A stretch of DNA of 48,036 bases, the filler included, from an uncultured virus (IMG/VR IMGVR_UViG_2061766007_001949) (Duplodnaviria; Heunggongvirae; Uroviricota; Caudoviricetes). It is 4 parts of one record of this genome, joined end to end, with 100 filler letters (N's around TTAATTAATTAA, not from the genome) between each part and the next. Parts side by side here need not be neighbours in the genome. Positions count along the whole stretch, not along the records: positions 6,605 to 32,764 come from IMGVR_UViG_2061766007_001949; positions 32,865 to 47,794 come from IMGVR_UViG_2061766007_001949; 2 more parts are not named here. The stretch is one strand, 5' to 3'. This document shows positions 27,597 through 38,830 of the stretch, in pieces. Below the pieces are notes generated by a model, which searched no databases, had not been told where the DNA came from, and worked only from the letters and a program-made list of their open reading frames with translations. Both the position numbers and the translations under genes were made by a program. Every line of letters begins with the position of its first letter. The first letter of the stretch is position 1.

Positions 27597-29537
27597 ATGA
27601 AAACACTCAGTATCGATATTGAGACCTACAGTGACATCCCGCTCCAGAAGACCGGAGTTTATCGTTACTGTGAGTCTCCCAATTTTGAAATCCTGCTCTT
27701 TGGCTACAGCATTGACTCCGGGCCGGTGCAGGTGGTCGACCTCGCCTGTGGGGAGCATATCCCCAAAGAGGTGCTGGCCGCACTGGAGGACGATTCCGTC
27801 ATCAAGTGGGCCTTCAATGCCGCCTTCGAGCGGGTATGCCTCTCCCGGTATCTCGGTTATCCCACCGGCGAATATCTTGCCCCGGAGAGCTGGCATTGCT
27901 CCATGGTCTGGGCGGCTACGATGGGCCTGCCGCTTTCCTTGGAGGGCGTCGGTGCCATTCTCGGTCTGGAGAAGCAGAAGCTCACCGAGGGCAAGGAGCT
28001 CATCAAATACTTCTGCCAGCCCTGTCTGCCCACAAAGGCAAATGGCCAGCGCGCCCGAAACCGGCCCTTCCATGCGCCGGACAAGTGGGAGCTGTTCAAA
28101 CGCTACAATGCCCGTGATGTAGAAGCCGAGATGGGCATCCAGCAGAAGCTCTCCAAGTTCCCGGTACTGCCACAGGTCTGGGAGGAATACGACATCGACC
28201 AAGAAATCAACGACCGTGGCGTCCGCATCGACATGGAGCTCGTTGAGCAGGCCATTCAGATGGATGCCCGTTCCCGGCAGGAGCTGACCGATGCCATGAA
28301 GCGCATGACGGCATTGGAGAACCCCAACTCCGTCCAGCAGATGAAGCAATGGCTCTCCGACAACGGCATGGAGACCGACAGCCTCGGCAAGAAGGTTGTG
28401 GCGGAGCTCCTGAAAACGGCACCGCCGGAGCTGGCGGAGGTGCTCACGCTCCGGCAGCAGCTGGCCAAGTCCTCCGTCCGGAAATACCAGGCAATGGAGA
28501 AAACCGTCTGCAGCGACAATCGTGCCCGTGGGATGTTCATGTTCTATGGGGCAAACCGAACCGGGCGCTTCTCCGGCAGAAACATTCAATTGCAAAACCT
28601 GCCCCAGAACCACCTACCCGACTTGGCGGAGGCCCGTGCTCTGGTGCGCTCCGGCGATTTCGATGCTGTGGAGCTGCTGTATGAGGATGTGCCGGATACG
28701 CTCTCCCAGCTTATCCGCACAGCTTTTATCCCAAGAGACGGTGCCCAATTTCTCGTAGCCGACTTCAGTGCGATTGAGGCCCGTGTCATCGCGTGGTTTG
28801 CCGGGGAGACCTGGCGGCAGGAAGTATTCTCCACGGGCGGAGATATCTATTGCGCCAGCGCATCGCAGATGTTCAAGGTGCCTGTGGAGAAACATGGCAT
28901 CAACGGCCACCTGCGCCAGAAGGGTAAGATAGCGGAATTGGCCCTTGGTTATGGCGGTTCCGTGGGTGCGCTCAAGGCGATGGGCGCTCTGGAGATGGGG
29001 CTGACCGAGGAGGAGCTCCCGCAGCTGGTGGATGCTTGGCGGCAGTCCAATCCGAACATCGTGAAATTCTGGTGGGCTGTGGACAGAGCCGTCATGGAGG
29101 CCGTCCGGTACAAGCACACCACCACCGACTATGGTCTGACCTTCTCCTGCCGGAGCGGGATGCTGTTCATTACCCTGCCCTCCGGGAGGAAGCTGGCCTA
29201 TGTGAAGCCCAAGGTGGGGACGAACAAGTTCGGCGGCGAATGCATCACCTATGAGGGCATCGGCTCCACGAAGAAGTGGGAACGACTGGATTCCTATGGC
29301 CCCAAGTTCGTGGAGAACATCGTACAGGCCACGGCTCGCGACATCCTCTGCTACGCCATGCGAACACTCCGGTGCTGCTCCATCGTGATGCATATCCATG
29401 ATGAGCTGGTCATCGAGGCCGACCCACGTATGTCCTTAGATGCTGTCTGTGAGCAGATGGGCCGGACACCACCGTGGGCGAAGGGACTGCTGCTCCGCGC
29501 AGACGGCTACGCCACACCGTTTTACAAAAAAGATTGA
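27597..29537 (+). CDS. polA: Phage family A DNA polymerase
   Basis: Exonuclease DIETYS; motif A DFSAIEARV; motif B RQKGKIAELALGYG; motif C HIHDE. Confidence 0.95.
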   Translation: MKTLSIDIETYSDIPLQKTGVYRYCESPNFEILLFGYSIDSGPVQVVDLACGEHIPKEVLAALEDDSVIKWAFNAAFERVCLSRYLGYPTGEYLAPESWHCSMVWAATMGLPLSLEGVGAILGLEKQKLTEGKELIKYFCQPCLPTKANGQRARNRPFHAPDKWELFKRYNARDVEAEMGIQQKLSKFPVLPQVWEEYDIDQEINDRGVRIDMELVEQAIQMDARSRQELTDAMKRMTALENPNSVQQMKQWLSDNGMETDSLGKKVVAELLKTAPPELAEVLTLRQQLAKSSVRKYQAMEKTVCSDNRARGMFMFYGANRTGRFSGRNIQLQNLPQNHLPDLAEARALVRSGDFDAVELLYEDVPDTLSQLIRTAFIPRDGAQFLVADFSAIEARVIAWFAGETWRQEVFSTGGDIYCASASQMFKVPVEKHGINGHLRQKGKIAELALGYGGSVGALKAMGALEMGLTEEELPQLVDAWRQSNPNIVKFWWAVDRAVMEAVRYKHTTTDYGLTFSCRSGMLFITLPSGRKLAYVKPKVGTNKFGGECITYEGIGSTKKWERLDSYGPKFVENIVQATARDILCYAMRTLRCCSIVMHIHDELVIEADPRMSLDAVCEQMGRTPPWAKGLLLRADGYATPFYKKD

Positions 29538-30017
29538 TAATCATCCGCTCAAATCGGGCGTTCACCNNNNNNNNNNGGATATCGCTGGAAACGTAGATGC
29601 CGCCAGACGCTACAGCCGCTTTGCCGTGGACAAGGGCTATATCCCCATCGCGCCACATTTGCTTTATCCACAGTTTCTGGACGATGCCGACCCGGACGAG
29701 CGTGAGCTTGGGATATTCTTTGGCAACGCCATCATGAGCAAGTGCTCTGAGGTGTGGGTGTTCGGCAGCCGAATCTCNNNNNNNNNNCGATGAGCTGGTC
29801 ATCGAGGCCGACCCACACATGTCCTTGGATGCTGTCTGTGAGCAGATGGGTCGGACACCACCGTGGGCAAAGGGCCTGCTGCTCCGTGCAGACGGCTACG
29901 CCACCCCGTTTTACAAAAAAGATTGATAATCATCCGCTCAAATCGGGCGTTCACCTTCAGTGGGAAGCAGAGGTGGACGCCTTTTTCTATGTCCGCCCGG
30001 AAAGGAGGAATCGCAGC

Positions 30018-30437
30018 ATGAGTGTCGATATGCGCAACAGCGAAGGCTACCTTGACCTGACGGCATATGAGGCCATCAAGAAAGTCGAACAGGAACAGCG
30101 CTCCGGTCGTGCGTTCCGGCCCATCGTCTACATCTGCTCTCCCTACGCTGGAGATATCGCAGGAAACGTAGATGCCGCCAGACGCTACAGCCGGTTTGCC
30201 GTGGACAAGGGCTATATCCCCATCGCGCCACATCTGCTTTATCCACAGTTTCTGGACGATGCCGACCCGGACGAGCGAGAGCTTGGGATATTCTTTGGCA
30301 ATGCCATCATGAGCAAGTGCTCTGAGGTGTGGGTGTTCGGCAGCCGAATCTCTGCAGGTATGCAGGCAGAAATCAGACGAGCCAAGTGGAAGAACTACCG
30401 CTTACGCTACTTCACCGAAGATTGTCAGGAGGTTTGA
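30018..30437 (+). CDS. DUF4406-like/nucleoside deoxyribosyltransferase-fold phage protein
   Basis: RPIVYICSPYAGD...PIAPHLLYPQF...CSEVWVFG...ISAGMQAEI. Confidence 0.7.
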   Translation: MSVDMRNSEGYLDLTAYEAIKKVEQEQRSGRAFRPIVYICSPYAGDIAGNVDAARRYSRFAVDKGYIPIAPHLLYPQFLDDADPDERELGIFFGNAIMSKCSEVWVFGSRISAGMQAEIRRAKWKNYRLRYFTEDCQEV

Positions 30438-30441
30438 GACC

Positions 30442-30771
30442 ATGTACGAAATCAAAGAAAACAGCCGCATCCTGAAGGACGGCACCGAGCTCACTACCTA
30501 TACCCGCGATGTGGTCAGCGCCAACATCCTCGAAGTCGAGGCTGGCACCACTGGCTATCAGGGCGGCGACAGCGGCCACGGCGGTCGCACCTACTTCCGC
30601 ATCGAGGATGCAGCCAGCACGGATATGGAAGTCCGCAGCTATGTCAACAAGTATGGCTGCCCCGGCTTTGAGGTCGTCCTCGGCGGCGACTGTGAGCTGG
30701 AGACTACGATTCGGGCGCTGAAGTTCATCACGAAGGTGCTGGAGGAGGAAGCGGCGGAGGTGTATGACTGA
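30442..30771 (+). CDS. Conserved phage hypothetical protein
   Basis: 109-aa ORF with RBS, coupled to the primase start; EAGTTGYQGGDSGHGGRTY. Confidence 0.7.
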   Translation: MYEIKENSRILKDGTELTTYTRDVVSANILEVEAGTTGYQGGDSGHGGRTYFRIEDAASTDMEVRSYVNKYGCPGFEVVLGGDCELETTIRALKFITKVLEEEAAEVYD

Positions 30772-32764
30772 TGTTCACGATTTATAGTGCCGACGTCACC
30801 GGCAATCCCGGCAACTGCTCCTATCCGCACAAGCATGTTGTGCTGGACGAAGCCTCTTTGAAGGCAGCCGTCTGCCACGATTATGTCTGCGCCGAGTACC
30901 AGAACAGCTACCGCAACGGCGACAACTTCATCGGGAGCGACTGCCTCCCGGTGGACTGTGATAACGACCACTCAGAGAATCCGGAAGACTGGATTACCCC
31001 GGAGGACGTTCTCCAGCAGTTTCCGGGCGTCACCTTTGCCGTCCACTTCAGCCGCTTCAATATGCGGGAGAAAAACGGTAAAGCGGCACGACCCAAGTTC
31101 CACGTTCTCTTTCCCATCGACTATGTGACCGACCCGACGCTCTACAGCGATATGAAGAAGCTGGTCAATTCCATTTTCCCATACTTCGACACCAATGCTC
31201 TCGACGCGGCCCGCTTCTTCTTCGGCACCACCGCAGCAGAGGTCGCGCTGTATCCGGGCCGGATGAACCTGACCGAGTTTCTGGAGGAGGACGATTTCGA
31301 TGCCGCGCTGCCGGACGGCGGTTTTGGTCAGAGCACCGTTATCTCGGAGGGCAGCCGAAACGCCACCATGTCCCGCTTCGCCGGTCGCGTTATCAAAAAG
31401 TACGGTGATACCGACGAAGCGTACCAGGCTTTCCTGGACGAGGCCGCCAAGTGTGTGCCTCCGCTGGAGAACAGTGAACTGAACACCATCTGGCACAGTG
31501 CCCAGCGCTTCTTCTCCCGCATCCGGGAGCAGGCCGGGTATGTCCCTCCGGAAGCCTATAACGACCCCAGCAGCTATAAGCCGGAGGACTATTCGGACGT
31601 CGGTCAGGCTGAGGTCATGGCCCGCTACTTTTCCGGGGAGCTCCGCTATTCTCCGGCCACCCACTTCATCCGTTACAGCGACCACTACTGGCAGGAATCC
31701 GAACCCGGCGCACAGGCTGTGGCCCATGAACTGACCCGTCGCCAGATGAAGGAAGCCAACCGCGACCTGATGAATGCGCTGGTAAAGATGAAGAACAACG
31801 GAGCCCAGACCATTCTGGACGGCACCTCCAAGGCCAAGGCCGAACAGCTCATGAACGATGAGCAGCTGCAGGCGTTTCAGGAATTTCTGCAGGCGAAGGC
31901 GTATCAGGCGTTCGTCATCAAGCGCCGGGACTCCAAGTACATCACGTCGGCGCTGAAGGAATCCCATCCTATGCTGGAGATTTCACCCAGAGACCTGGAT
32001 GCGGACTGCTTTGCCCTCAATACACCGGAGGCCACCTACGACCTGCGCAAGGGCATGGCCGGAGCGCGGGAGCACTCCCCGGAGGACTTCATCACAAAAA
32101 TCACCTCCGTCACACCCGGCCAGAAGGGGCAGAAAATCTGGCAGGACTGCCTCGACCTCATTTTCCAGCACAATCAGGAGCTCATCGACTATGTCCAGAT
32201 GATTTGCGGTCTGGCCGCCATCGGCAAAGTTTATGTGGAGGCCCTCATCATTGCCTACGGAGATGGCCGGAACGGAAAGAGCACTTTCTGGAATGCGGTG
32301 TCCCGTGTGCTGGGGCTGTACAGCGGCAACATCTCTGCCGACACCCTGACCGTGGGCTGCCGCAGGAATATCAAGCCTGAGATGGCGGAGGTCAAGGGCA
32401 AGCGGCTCCTCATCGCTGCCGAGATGCAGGAAGGTGCCCGTCTGAACGATTCCACGGTCAAGCAGCTCTGCTCCACGGATGATGTATTCGCGGAGAAGAA
32501 GTACAAAGACCCGTTTTCCTTCAAGCCCTGCCACACGCTGGTGCTGTACACCAATCATCTGCCTCGCGTCAGCGCATCCGACGATGGTATCTGGCGTAGG
32601 CTCATCGTCATCCCGTTCAACGCCAAGATTACCGGCAAGAGCGACATCAAGAACTATGGCGAGTACCTCTATGACAATGCCGGAGAGAGCATTCTGGCGT
32701 GGGTCATAGAGGGGGCCAAAAAGGTCATCGACCTGGACTACCAGATTCCTGTCCCGGCCTGCGT
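30771..32764 (+). CDS. P4-family primase/SF3 (D5-like) helicase, 3' truncated by gap
   Basis: DCDNDH and KFHVLFP primase motifs; EGSRN (PriCT-like); Walker A GDGRNGKST; LYTNHLP; GIWRRL. Confidence 0.92.
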
Positions 32765-32863
32765 NNNNNNNNNNNNNNNNNNNNNNNNNNNNNNNNNNNN
32801 NNNNNNNNTTAATTAATTAANNNNNNNNNNNNNNNNNNNNNNNNNNNNNNNNNNNNNNNNNNN

Positions 32864-33885
32864 NCTGGCTCATCGAGAGCAGCGGCTTCCCATTTGACTA
32901 CGATACCGTGGTCATCGACGAGCTGTCGTCTTTCAAAAATCACCAATCCAAGCGCTTTAAGGCCCTGCTGCGTGTCCGGCCCAAGGTCAAACGCGTTATT
33001 GGGCTGACCGGCACCCCTTCCTCCAACGGCCTCATGGATTTGTGGGCAGAGTTCCGACTGCTGGATATGGGTCACCGCCTCGGTCGCTTCATCACGCAGT
33101 ACCGGAACACCTTCTTCCTTCCGGACAAACGCAACGGGCAAATCATCTATTCCTACAAGCCTATGCCGGGAGCGGAGGAAGCCATATACAGTCGGATTTC
33201 CGACATCACGATTTCCATGAAATCCACCGACCATCTGAAGATGCCGGAGCTGGTTTCCACCCGCTATGAGGTCTATCTCTCCGATGCGGAGGCCAACCGG
33301 TACGAGGAGCTCAAGCAGGCGCTCATCCTGCAGCTTCCGGACGGCGAGGTGACTGCTGCTAACGCAGCGGCCCTGACCGGAAAGCTGGCCCAGCTTTCCA
33401 ACGGTGCCATCTATGCCGACACCGGCGACACGATAGAGTTCCACGACCGGAAACTGGACGCTCTGGAGGATATCATTGAATCCGCCAACGGCAAGCCGAT
33501 TCTGGTGGCCTACTGGTTCCGGCACGACCTGCAGCGTATCAAAAAGCGCTTTGATGTCCGGGAGCTGAAGTCCAGCAAAGACATCGCCGACTGGAACAGC
33601 GGCAAAATCCCGGTGGCCGTCATCCATCCGGCCTCAGCCGGTCACGGGCTCAACCTGCAGGCCGGTGGTTCCACTCTCATCTGGTTCGGTTTGACGTGGT
33701 CTCTGGAACTCTACCAGCAGACCAATGCCAGACTGTGGCGGCAAGGCCAGAGCTCCGGAACAGTGGTGATACAACATATCATCACCAAGGACACCATTGA
33801 CGAGAGAATCCTGAAGGCGCTGGAGGCTAAGGACAGAACACAGGCCGCGCTTATCGATGCGGTCAAAGTGGCGCTGGAGGTGTGA
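32864..33885 (+). CDS. Phage SNF2-family helicase, 5' truncated
   Basis: VVIDELSSFK; GLTGTP; HPASAGHGLNLQ; QTNARLWRQGQ. Confidence 0.92.
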
Positions 33886-34131
33886 CGCCTGTGGATGACG
33901 CTTATACCCGGCTGGCCCACGCCNNNNNNNNNNNNNNNNNNNNNNNNNNNNNNNNNNNNNNNAAATCCGCCACGGGATGAGGAAGACAAGCAGCACGAGA
34001 CCTATCTCAAACATCAAACCGAGCTCCAGAGCCTTGAGCGCTTCTTCCGTTCCGGATGGTTTGAACTACTTTCCGGTTTGGACGGTGAGGCGCTCATGAA
34101 GATAATACAGGAAGGAGGAATCGCCAGATGA
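33882..34131 (+). CDS. Small phage hypothetical protein (gapped; duplicate at 34164-34332)
   Basis: VTPVDDAYTRLAHA...LERFFRSGWFELLSGLDGEALMK. Confidence 0.55.
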
Positions 34132-34328
34132 CGGCAAAGCAATATCTCTCCCANNNNNNNNNNTAATCCGCCACGGGATGAAGAGGACAAACAGCACGAG
34201 ACCTATCTCAAACACCAAACCGAGCTCCAGAGCCTTGAGCGATTCTTCCGCTCCGGATGGTTTGAACTGCTCTCCGGTCTGGATGGTGAGGCGCTCATGA
34301 AGAAAATACAGGAAGGAGGAATCGCCAG

Positions 34329-35121
34329 ATGACGGCAAAGCAATATCTCTCCCAAGCCTACCGGCTGAACGAGCGCATCAATTCCGATTTGTCCGAGCTG
34401 GACAGACTGCGCGACCTGGCTACCAGCCTGAGCGGAGTGAATTACGATGGCNNNNNNNNNNGATGGCGTGGGCCAGCCGGGTATAAGCGTCATCCACAGG
34501 CGTCACACCTCCAGTGCCACTTTGACCGCATCGATAAGCGCGGCCTGTGTTCTGTCCTTGGCCTCCAGCGCCTTCAGGATTCTCTCGTCGATGGTGCCCT
34601 TGGTGACGATATGCTGTATCACCACTGTTCCGGANNNNNNNNNNGTCCGGGTCTCCAAGACGAGGAGCACGGAAGCGCCCTTTGAGAAGACCATCTGCAA
34701 AATCATTGACGCGGAGAGAAAGATAAACGCAGAGATAGACCGGTTGGTAGATTTGAAGGCAGAAATCAGTGAAGCCATCTCTCAGCTGGCCAATGTGGAT
34801 GAGCAGCTCCTTCTCCGCTTNNNNNNNNNNATCCGGGTCTCCAAGACAAGGAGCACGGAAGCGCCCTTCGAGAAGACCATCTGCAAAATCATTGACGTGG
34901 AGAGAAAGATAAACGCAGAGATAGACCGGTTGGTAGATTTGAAGGCTGAAATCAGCGAAGCCATCTCTCAGCTGGCCAATGTGGATGAGCAGCTCCTTCT
35001 CCGCTTCCGGTACATCAACAATTACGGTTGGGAGAAGATTGCAGTGCTGATGAGCGTGTCCATGCGGACGGTTCATCGCATCCACGCCTCGGCTCTTAGA
35101 AATTTCCAGCCGCCAGCATAA
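34329..35121 (+). CDS. DUF1492/ArpU-RinA-like late transcriptional activator (fragments)
   Basis: MTAKQYLSQAYRLNERINS...LLLRFRYINNYGWEKIAVLMSVSMRTVHRIHASAL (HTH). Last gene before the packaging module. Confidence 0.8.
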
Positions 35122-35124
35122 AGT

Positions 35125-35168
35125 TGGCACACTTTGGCACGGAATGGCACATTGATAAGTGATATTAT
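35125..35168 (+). promoter_or_regulatory. Probable late promoter: 3x TGGCAC plus extended -10
   Basis: TGGCAC at 35125, 35135 and 35145; TGATATTAT at 35160-35168. Confidence 0.6.
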
Positions 35169-35190
35169 GGTAGTGTGAAAAATAGGGCCA

Positions 35191-35226
35191 AGCCTTCGTG
35201 GGAGCAATCCTGCGGAGGCTTTTTCT
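35191..35226 (+). terminator. GCAA-tetraloop hairpin with T tract
   Basis: AGCCTTCGTGGGA-GCAA-TCCTGCGGAGGCT-TTTTCT. Confidence 0.65.
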
Positions 35227-35247
35227 ATCCCCGGAGGTGATTGAGGA

Positions 35248-35616
35248 ATGCCCATGAAACCAAAACGGCCCTGCTCTTTTCCCGGCTGCCCCAACCTGAC
35301 TGACCGGCGCTTCTGCCCGGAACACGAGAAGCTGGAAGCCCAGCGCTATGAACGGTACGACCGTGACCCTGCTACCAAGCGTCGGTACGGACGGGCATGG
35401 AAACGCATCCGGGACAGCTATGCTGCGGAGCACCCACTGTGTGAAGTCTGCCTTGCGAAAGGTGTGTACACGCCAACCGAGGAGATTCACCACAAGCTCC
35501 CTCTTTCGCAGGGAGGAACGCACGACCGCAGCAATTTGATGGCCCTTTGCAAAGAGTGCCATGCGCGGATTCATGCCGAACGCGGCGACCGCTGGCATAA
35601 CCGGGAGAACCGGTAG
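35248..35616 (+). CDS. HNH endonuclease (terminase-associated)
   Basis: HPLCEVC...EEIHHKLPLSQGGTHDRSNLMALCKECHARIH. Confidence 0.93.
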   Translation: MPMKPKRPCSFPGCPNLTDRRFCPEHEKLEAQRYERYDRDPATKRRYGRAWKRIRDSYAAEHPLCEVCLAKGVYTPTEEIHHKLPLSQGGTHDRSNLMALCKECHARIHAERGDRWHNRENR

Positions 35617-35700
35617 GGGCGGTCAAAATCTCTACGGCCTTTTCTCCGTGGAACGGGCGTGGGCCTTCGCGCACAAAAACGCGATTTCAAACGGGGAATA
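35617..35700. other. Candidate cos/packaging region
   Basis: Non-coding GC-rich stretch between HNH and terS, the usual cos position in HNH-terS phages. Positional inference only. Confidence 0.4.
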
Positions 35701-35727
35701 TACCCCGGCAACTGGAGGTGAATCGAA

Positions 35728-36266
35728 ATGGCAAAGGACGGTACCAACCGTGGCGGTGCCCGTATCGGNNNNNNNNNNNNNNNNNNNNNNNNNNNNNNNN
35801 NNNNNNNNNNNNNNNNNNNNNNNNNNNNNNNNNNNNNNNNNNNNNNNNNNNNNNGGAGGGTCAGGCGATGCCGAAGCCGTCCAAAATGCTCTCCGCTGTT
35901 CAAAAGGACGGCAAGGCGCTGGTCGCCGAGGACATCTACAAGGAGACCTGGGAGTGGCTGGCCGAGCGAGGCTGCGCCTCTCTGGTATCTCCACAGCTTC
36001 TGGAGCGCTACGCCATGAGTGTGGCCCGCTGGATTCAGTGCGAGGAGGCTGTGACAGAGTTCGGCTTTCTGGCCAAGCATCCCACCACCGGCAGCGCGAT
36101 ACAGTCGCCCTATGTGGCGATGAGTCAGAACTTTATGAGCCAGACCAACCGGCTCTGGATGGAGATATACCAAATCGTAAAAGAAAACTGCGCGACCGAG
36201 TACACCGGTGTCACCCCGATGGATGATACGATGGAACGACTGCTCCGGGCGCGGAAAGGAAGCTGA
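35728..36266 (+). CDS. terS: Terminase small subunit (P27-like), gapped
   Basis: MAKDGTNRGGAR...LLERYAMSVARWIQCEE...HPTTGSAIQSPYV; position after HNH. Confidence 0.85.
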
Positions 36267-36268
36267 CT

Positions 36269-37448
36269 ATGTATGAAAAAGTGAATCCGGCCCATCCGGA
36301 TAAAATCGCAGACCGCATCGCCGGAGCCCTGGTCGACCTTGCCTATGCGCAGGAGCCTGACCCGCGCATCGCAGTCGAAGTCCTGCTCGGTCATCATATT
36401 TGCCACATCATTGCGGAGACATCGACGCATCTGCCCGCTGAGACCGTCGAAGGCATCGTCCACCGTATTGCCGGTAACCTCGCACTTGACTACACCGAGG
36501 TCGCTCAGGACGTACATCTCTCCGACAACCAGCGTGACGGTTTTCGCTGCGGCGACAACGGCATCTTCAAAGGAATGTGTATCACACCTGAGCAGCAGGA
36601 GCTCTCCGGCATCGCCCGCTCCATCTACGAAAGATACCCCGCTGATGGGAAGTACATTCTGGACGGCGACCGGCTCATCCTCTGTCAGAGCAATGCTCCC
36701 TCGGACGAGCTTCGGGAGCTGTATCCCGGTGCCGAGGTCAATCCNNNNNNNNNNCGACCCGCGCATCGCAGTCGAAGTCCTGCTCGGTCATCATGTTTGT
36801 CACATCATTGCGGAGACATCTACGCATCTGTCTGCTGAGGACGTCGAAGGCATCGTCCACCGTATCGCCGGTAACCTCGCGCTTGATTACACCGAGGTCG
36901 CTCAGGATGTACATCTCTCCGACAACCAGCGTGACGGTTTTCGCTGCGGCGACAACGGCATTTTCAAAGGAATGTGTATCACACCTGAGCAGCATGAGCT
37001 CTCCGGCATCGCCCACTCCATCTACGAAAGATACCCCACTGACGGGAAATACATTCTGGACGGCGACCGGCTCATCCTCTGCCAGAGCAACGCTCCCTCG
37101 GACGAGCTTCGGGAGCTGTATCCCGGTGCCGAGGTCAATCCGCTCGGCGATTGGACGGGCGGCACAGATGTGGATTCCGGCGCGACCAACCGGAAGCTGG
37201 GCTCCGATATGGCGGACGGTGTCACCGGCGGCGGTCTGCATGGGAAAGACCTCTCGAAAGCGGATGTGTCCGTGAACGTCTATGCTTTCCTCAAGGCACA
37301 GGAGACTGGCCAGCCCGTGAAACTCTGCTGCGCTATCGGGGATGACACCGTGGACGGCAGGTCATATGCGGAAATCGTCGAAATCTGTCGAAATTATATC
37401 CGCTCTGTCGGCGGCTTTGAGAAGTTCGCGGAATGGGGGCTCGTATGA
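36269..37448 (+). CDS. metK: Compact phage S-adenosylmethionine synthetase (two overlapping variant copies)
   Basis: EKVNPAHPDKIADRI; GDNG; DGK; GGTDVDSGATNRKL; GGGLHGKDLSKAD. Confidence 0.88.
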
Positions 37449-37538
37449 AAACAACGACTGATATGCAGCTGGTGCCCATCAGCAAACTGGTACCCTATGT
37501 CAACAATGCCCGGACGCACTCGCCGGAANNNNNNNNNN

Positions 37539-37826
37539 GGAAGTCATCTCCGGATTGGGTTCATCGTGGAGCAGCCGGTAGAGCGGATGCGTGAGCGCCT
37601 TCTCCTTGCTCCCGGTATCCATATATCGATACAGGTGGACAGGAAGGCCCGCGATAGACTCGGACAGGATGCGCACACAGGCATAGACCGCCGTCATCTG
37701 CATGGCCGAGCGTTCGTTGACCTGCTTTCCGGAGGTGCTGTTTCCGAAGAAGAATCGGTAGCCGCTGCCGGATGTACTGTTGGTGGGGCGGTCTCTGGAT
37801 TTGAAAAGTCCACTGAAAATACCCAT
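37539..37826 (-). CDS. Portal protein 5' fragment (inverted scaffold piece)
   Basis: MGIFSGLFKSRD...SAMQMTAVYACVRILSESIAGLP...LLHDEPNPEMTS. Confidence 0.85.
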
Positions 37827-37837
37827 CGGGTCACCTC

Positions 37838-38260
37838 CTAAATGAAGAGGATGCCTCTGCTGTCATAAACAGAAGCACCACTGTCGTTCCCACAGCGGAT
37901 AGCGCGGTCGAGGCCCATGATGGTGGCGACTGCGCCGTCTATCTTTTCTGTGGATTTCTCTTTGTCTGCTTTGATGTTGCCTGCCGGGTCGGTACGGATA
38001 TAGATGTTGTCCATCATCCAGCGCAGCACCGGATGCCCGCCGTGGGCAATCTTCTGCTCCAAGGTCAGCTTCATGAGCTCCTTGGTGGGCGGGCTCATAT
38101 CCTTGAAGCCTTGACCGAAGGGCACGACTGTAAAGCCCATGCCTTCGAGGTTCTGCACCATCTGCACAGCTCCCCAGCGGTCAAAGGCAATCTCACGGAT
38201 GTTGAACCGTTCTCCCAGCCGCTCGATGAATTTTTCGATATAACCGTAGTGGACGACGTT
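37838..38260 (-). CDS. terL: Terminase large subunit 3' fragment (inverted scaffold piece)
   Basis: IAFDRWGA...HGGHPVLRW...KSTEKIDGAVATIMGLDRA. Confidence 0.88.
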   Translation of the reverse strand, partial: NVVHYGYIEKFIERLGERFNIREIAFDRWGAVQMVQNLEGMGFTVVPFGQGFKDMSPPTKELMKLTLEQKIAHGGHPVLRWMMDNIYIRTDPAGNIKADKEKSTEKIDGAVATIMGLDRAIRCGNDSGASVYDSRGILFI

Positions 38261-38830
38261 NNNNNNNNNNNNNNNNNNNNNNNNNNNNNNNNNNNNNNNN
38301 NNNNNNNNNNNNNNNNNNNNNNNNNNNNNNNNNNNNNNNNNNNNNNNNNNNNNNNNNNNNNNNNNNNNNNNNNNNNNNNNNNNNNNNNNNNNNNNNNNNN
38401 NNNNNNNNNNNNNNNNNNNNNNNNNNNNNNNNNNNNNNNNNNNNNNNNNNNNNNNNNNNNNNNNNNNNNNNNNNNNNNNNNNNNNNNNNNNNNNNNNNNN
38501 NNNNNNNNNNNNNNNNNNNNNNNNNNNNNNNNNNNNNNNNNNNNNNNNNNNNNNNNNNNNNNNNNNNNNNNNNNNNNNNNNNNNNNNNNNNNNNNNNNNN
38601 NNNNNNNNNNNNNNNNNNNNNNNNNNNNNNNNNNNNNNNNNNNNNNNNNNNNNNNNNNNNNNNNNNNNNNNNNNNNNNNNNNNNNNNNNNNNNNNNNNNN
38701 NNNNNNNNNNNNNNNNNNNNNNNNNNNNNNNNNNNNNNNNNNNNNNNCCATATGCGGAAATCGTCGAAATCTGTCGGGATTATATCCGCTCTGTCGGCGG
38801 CTTTGAGAAGTTCGCAGAATGGGGGCTCGT

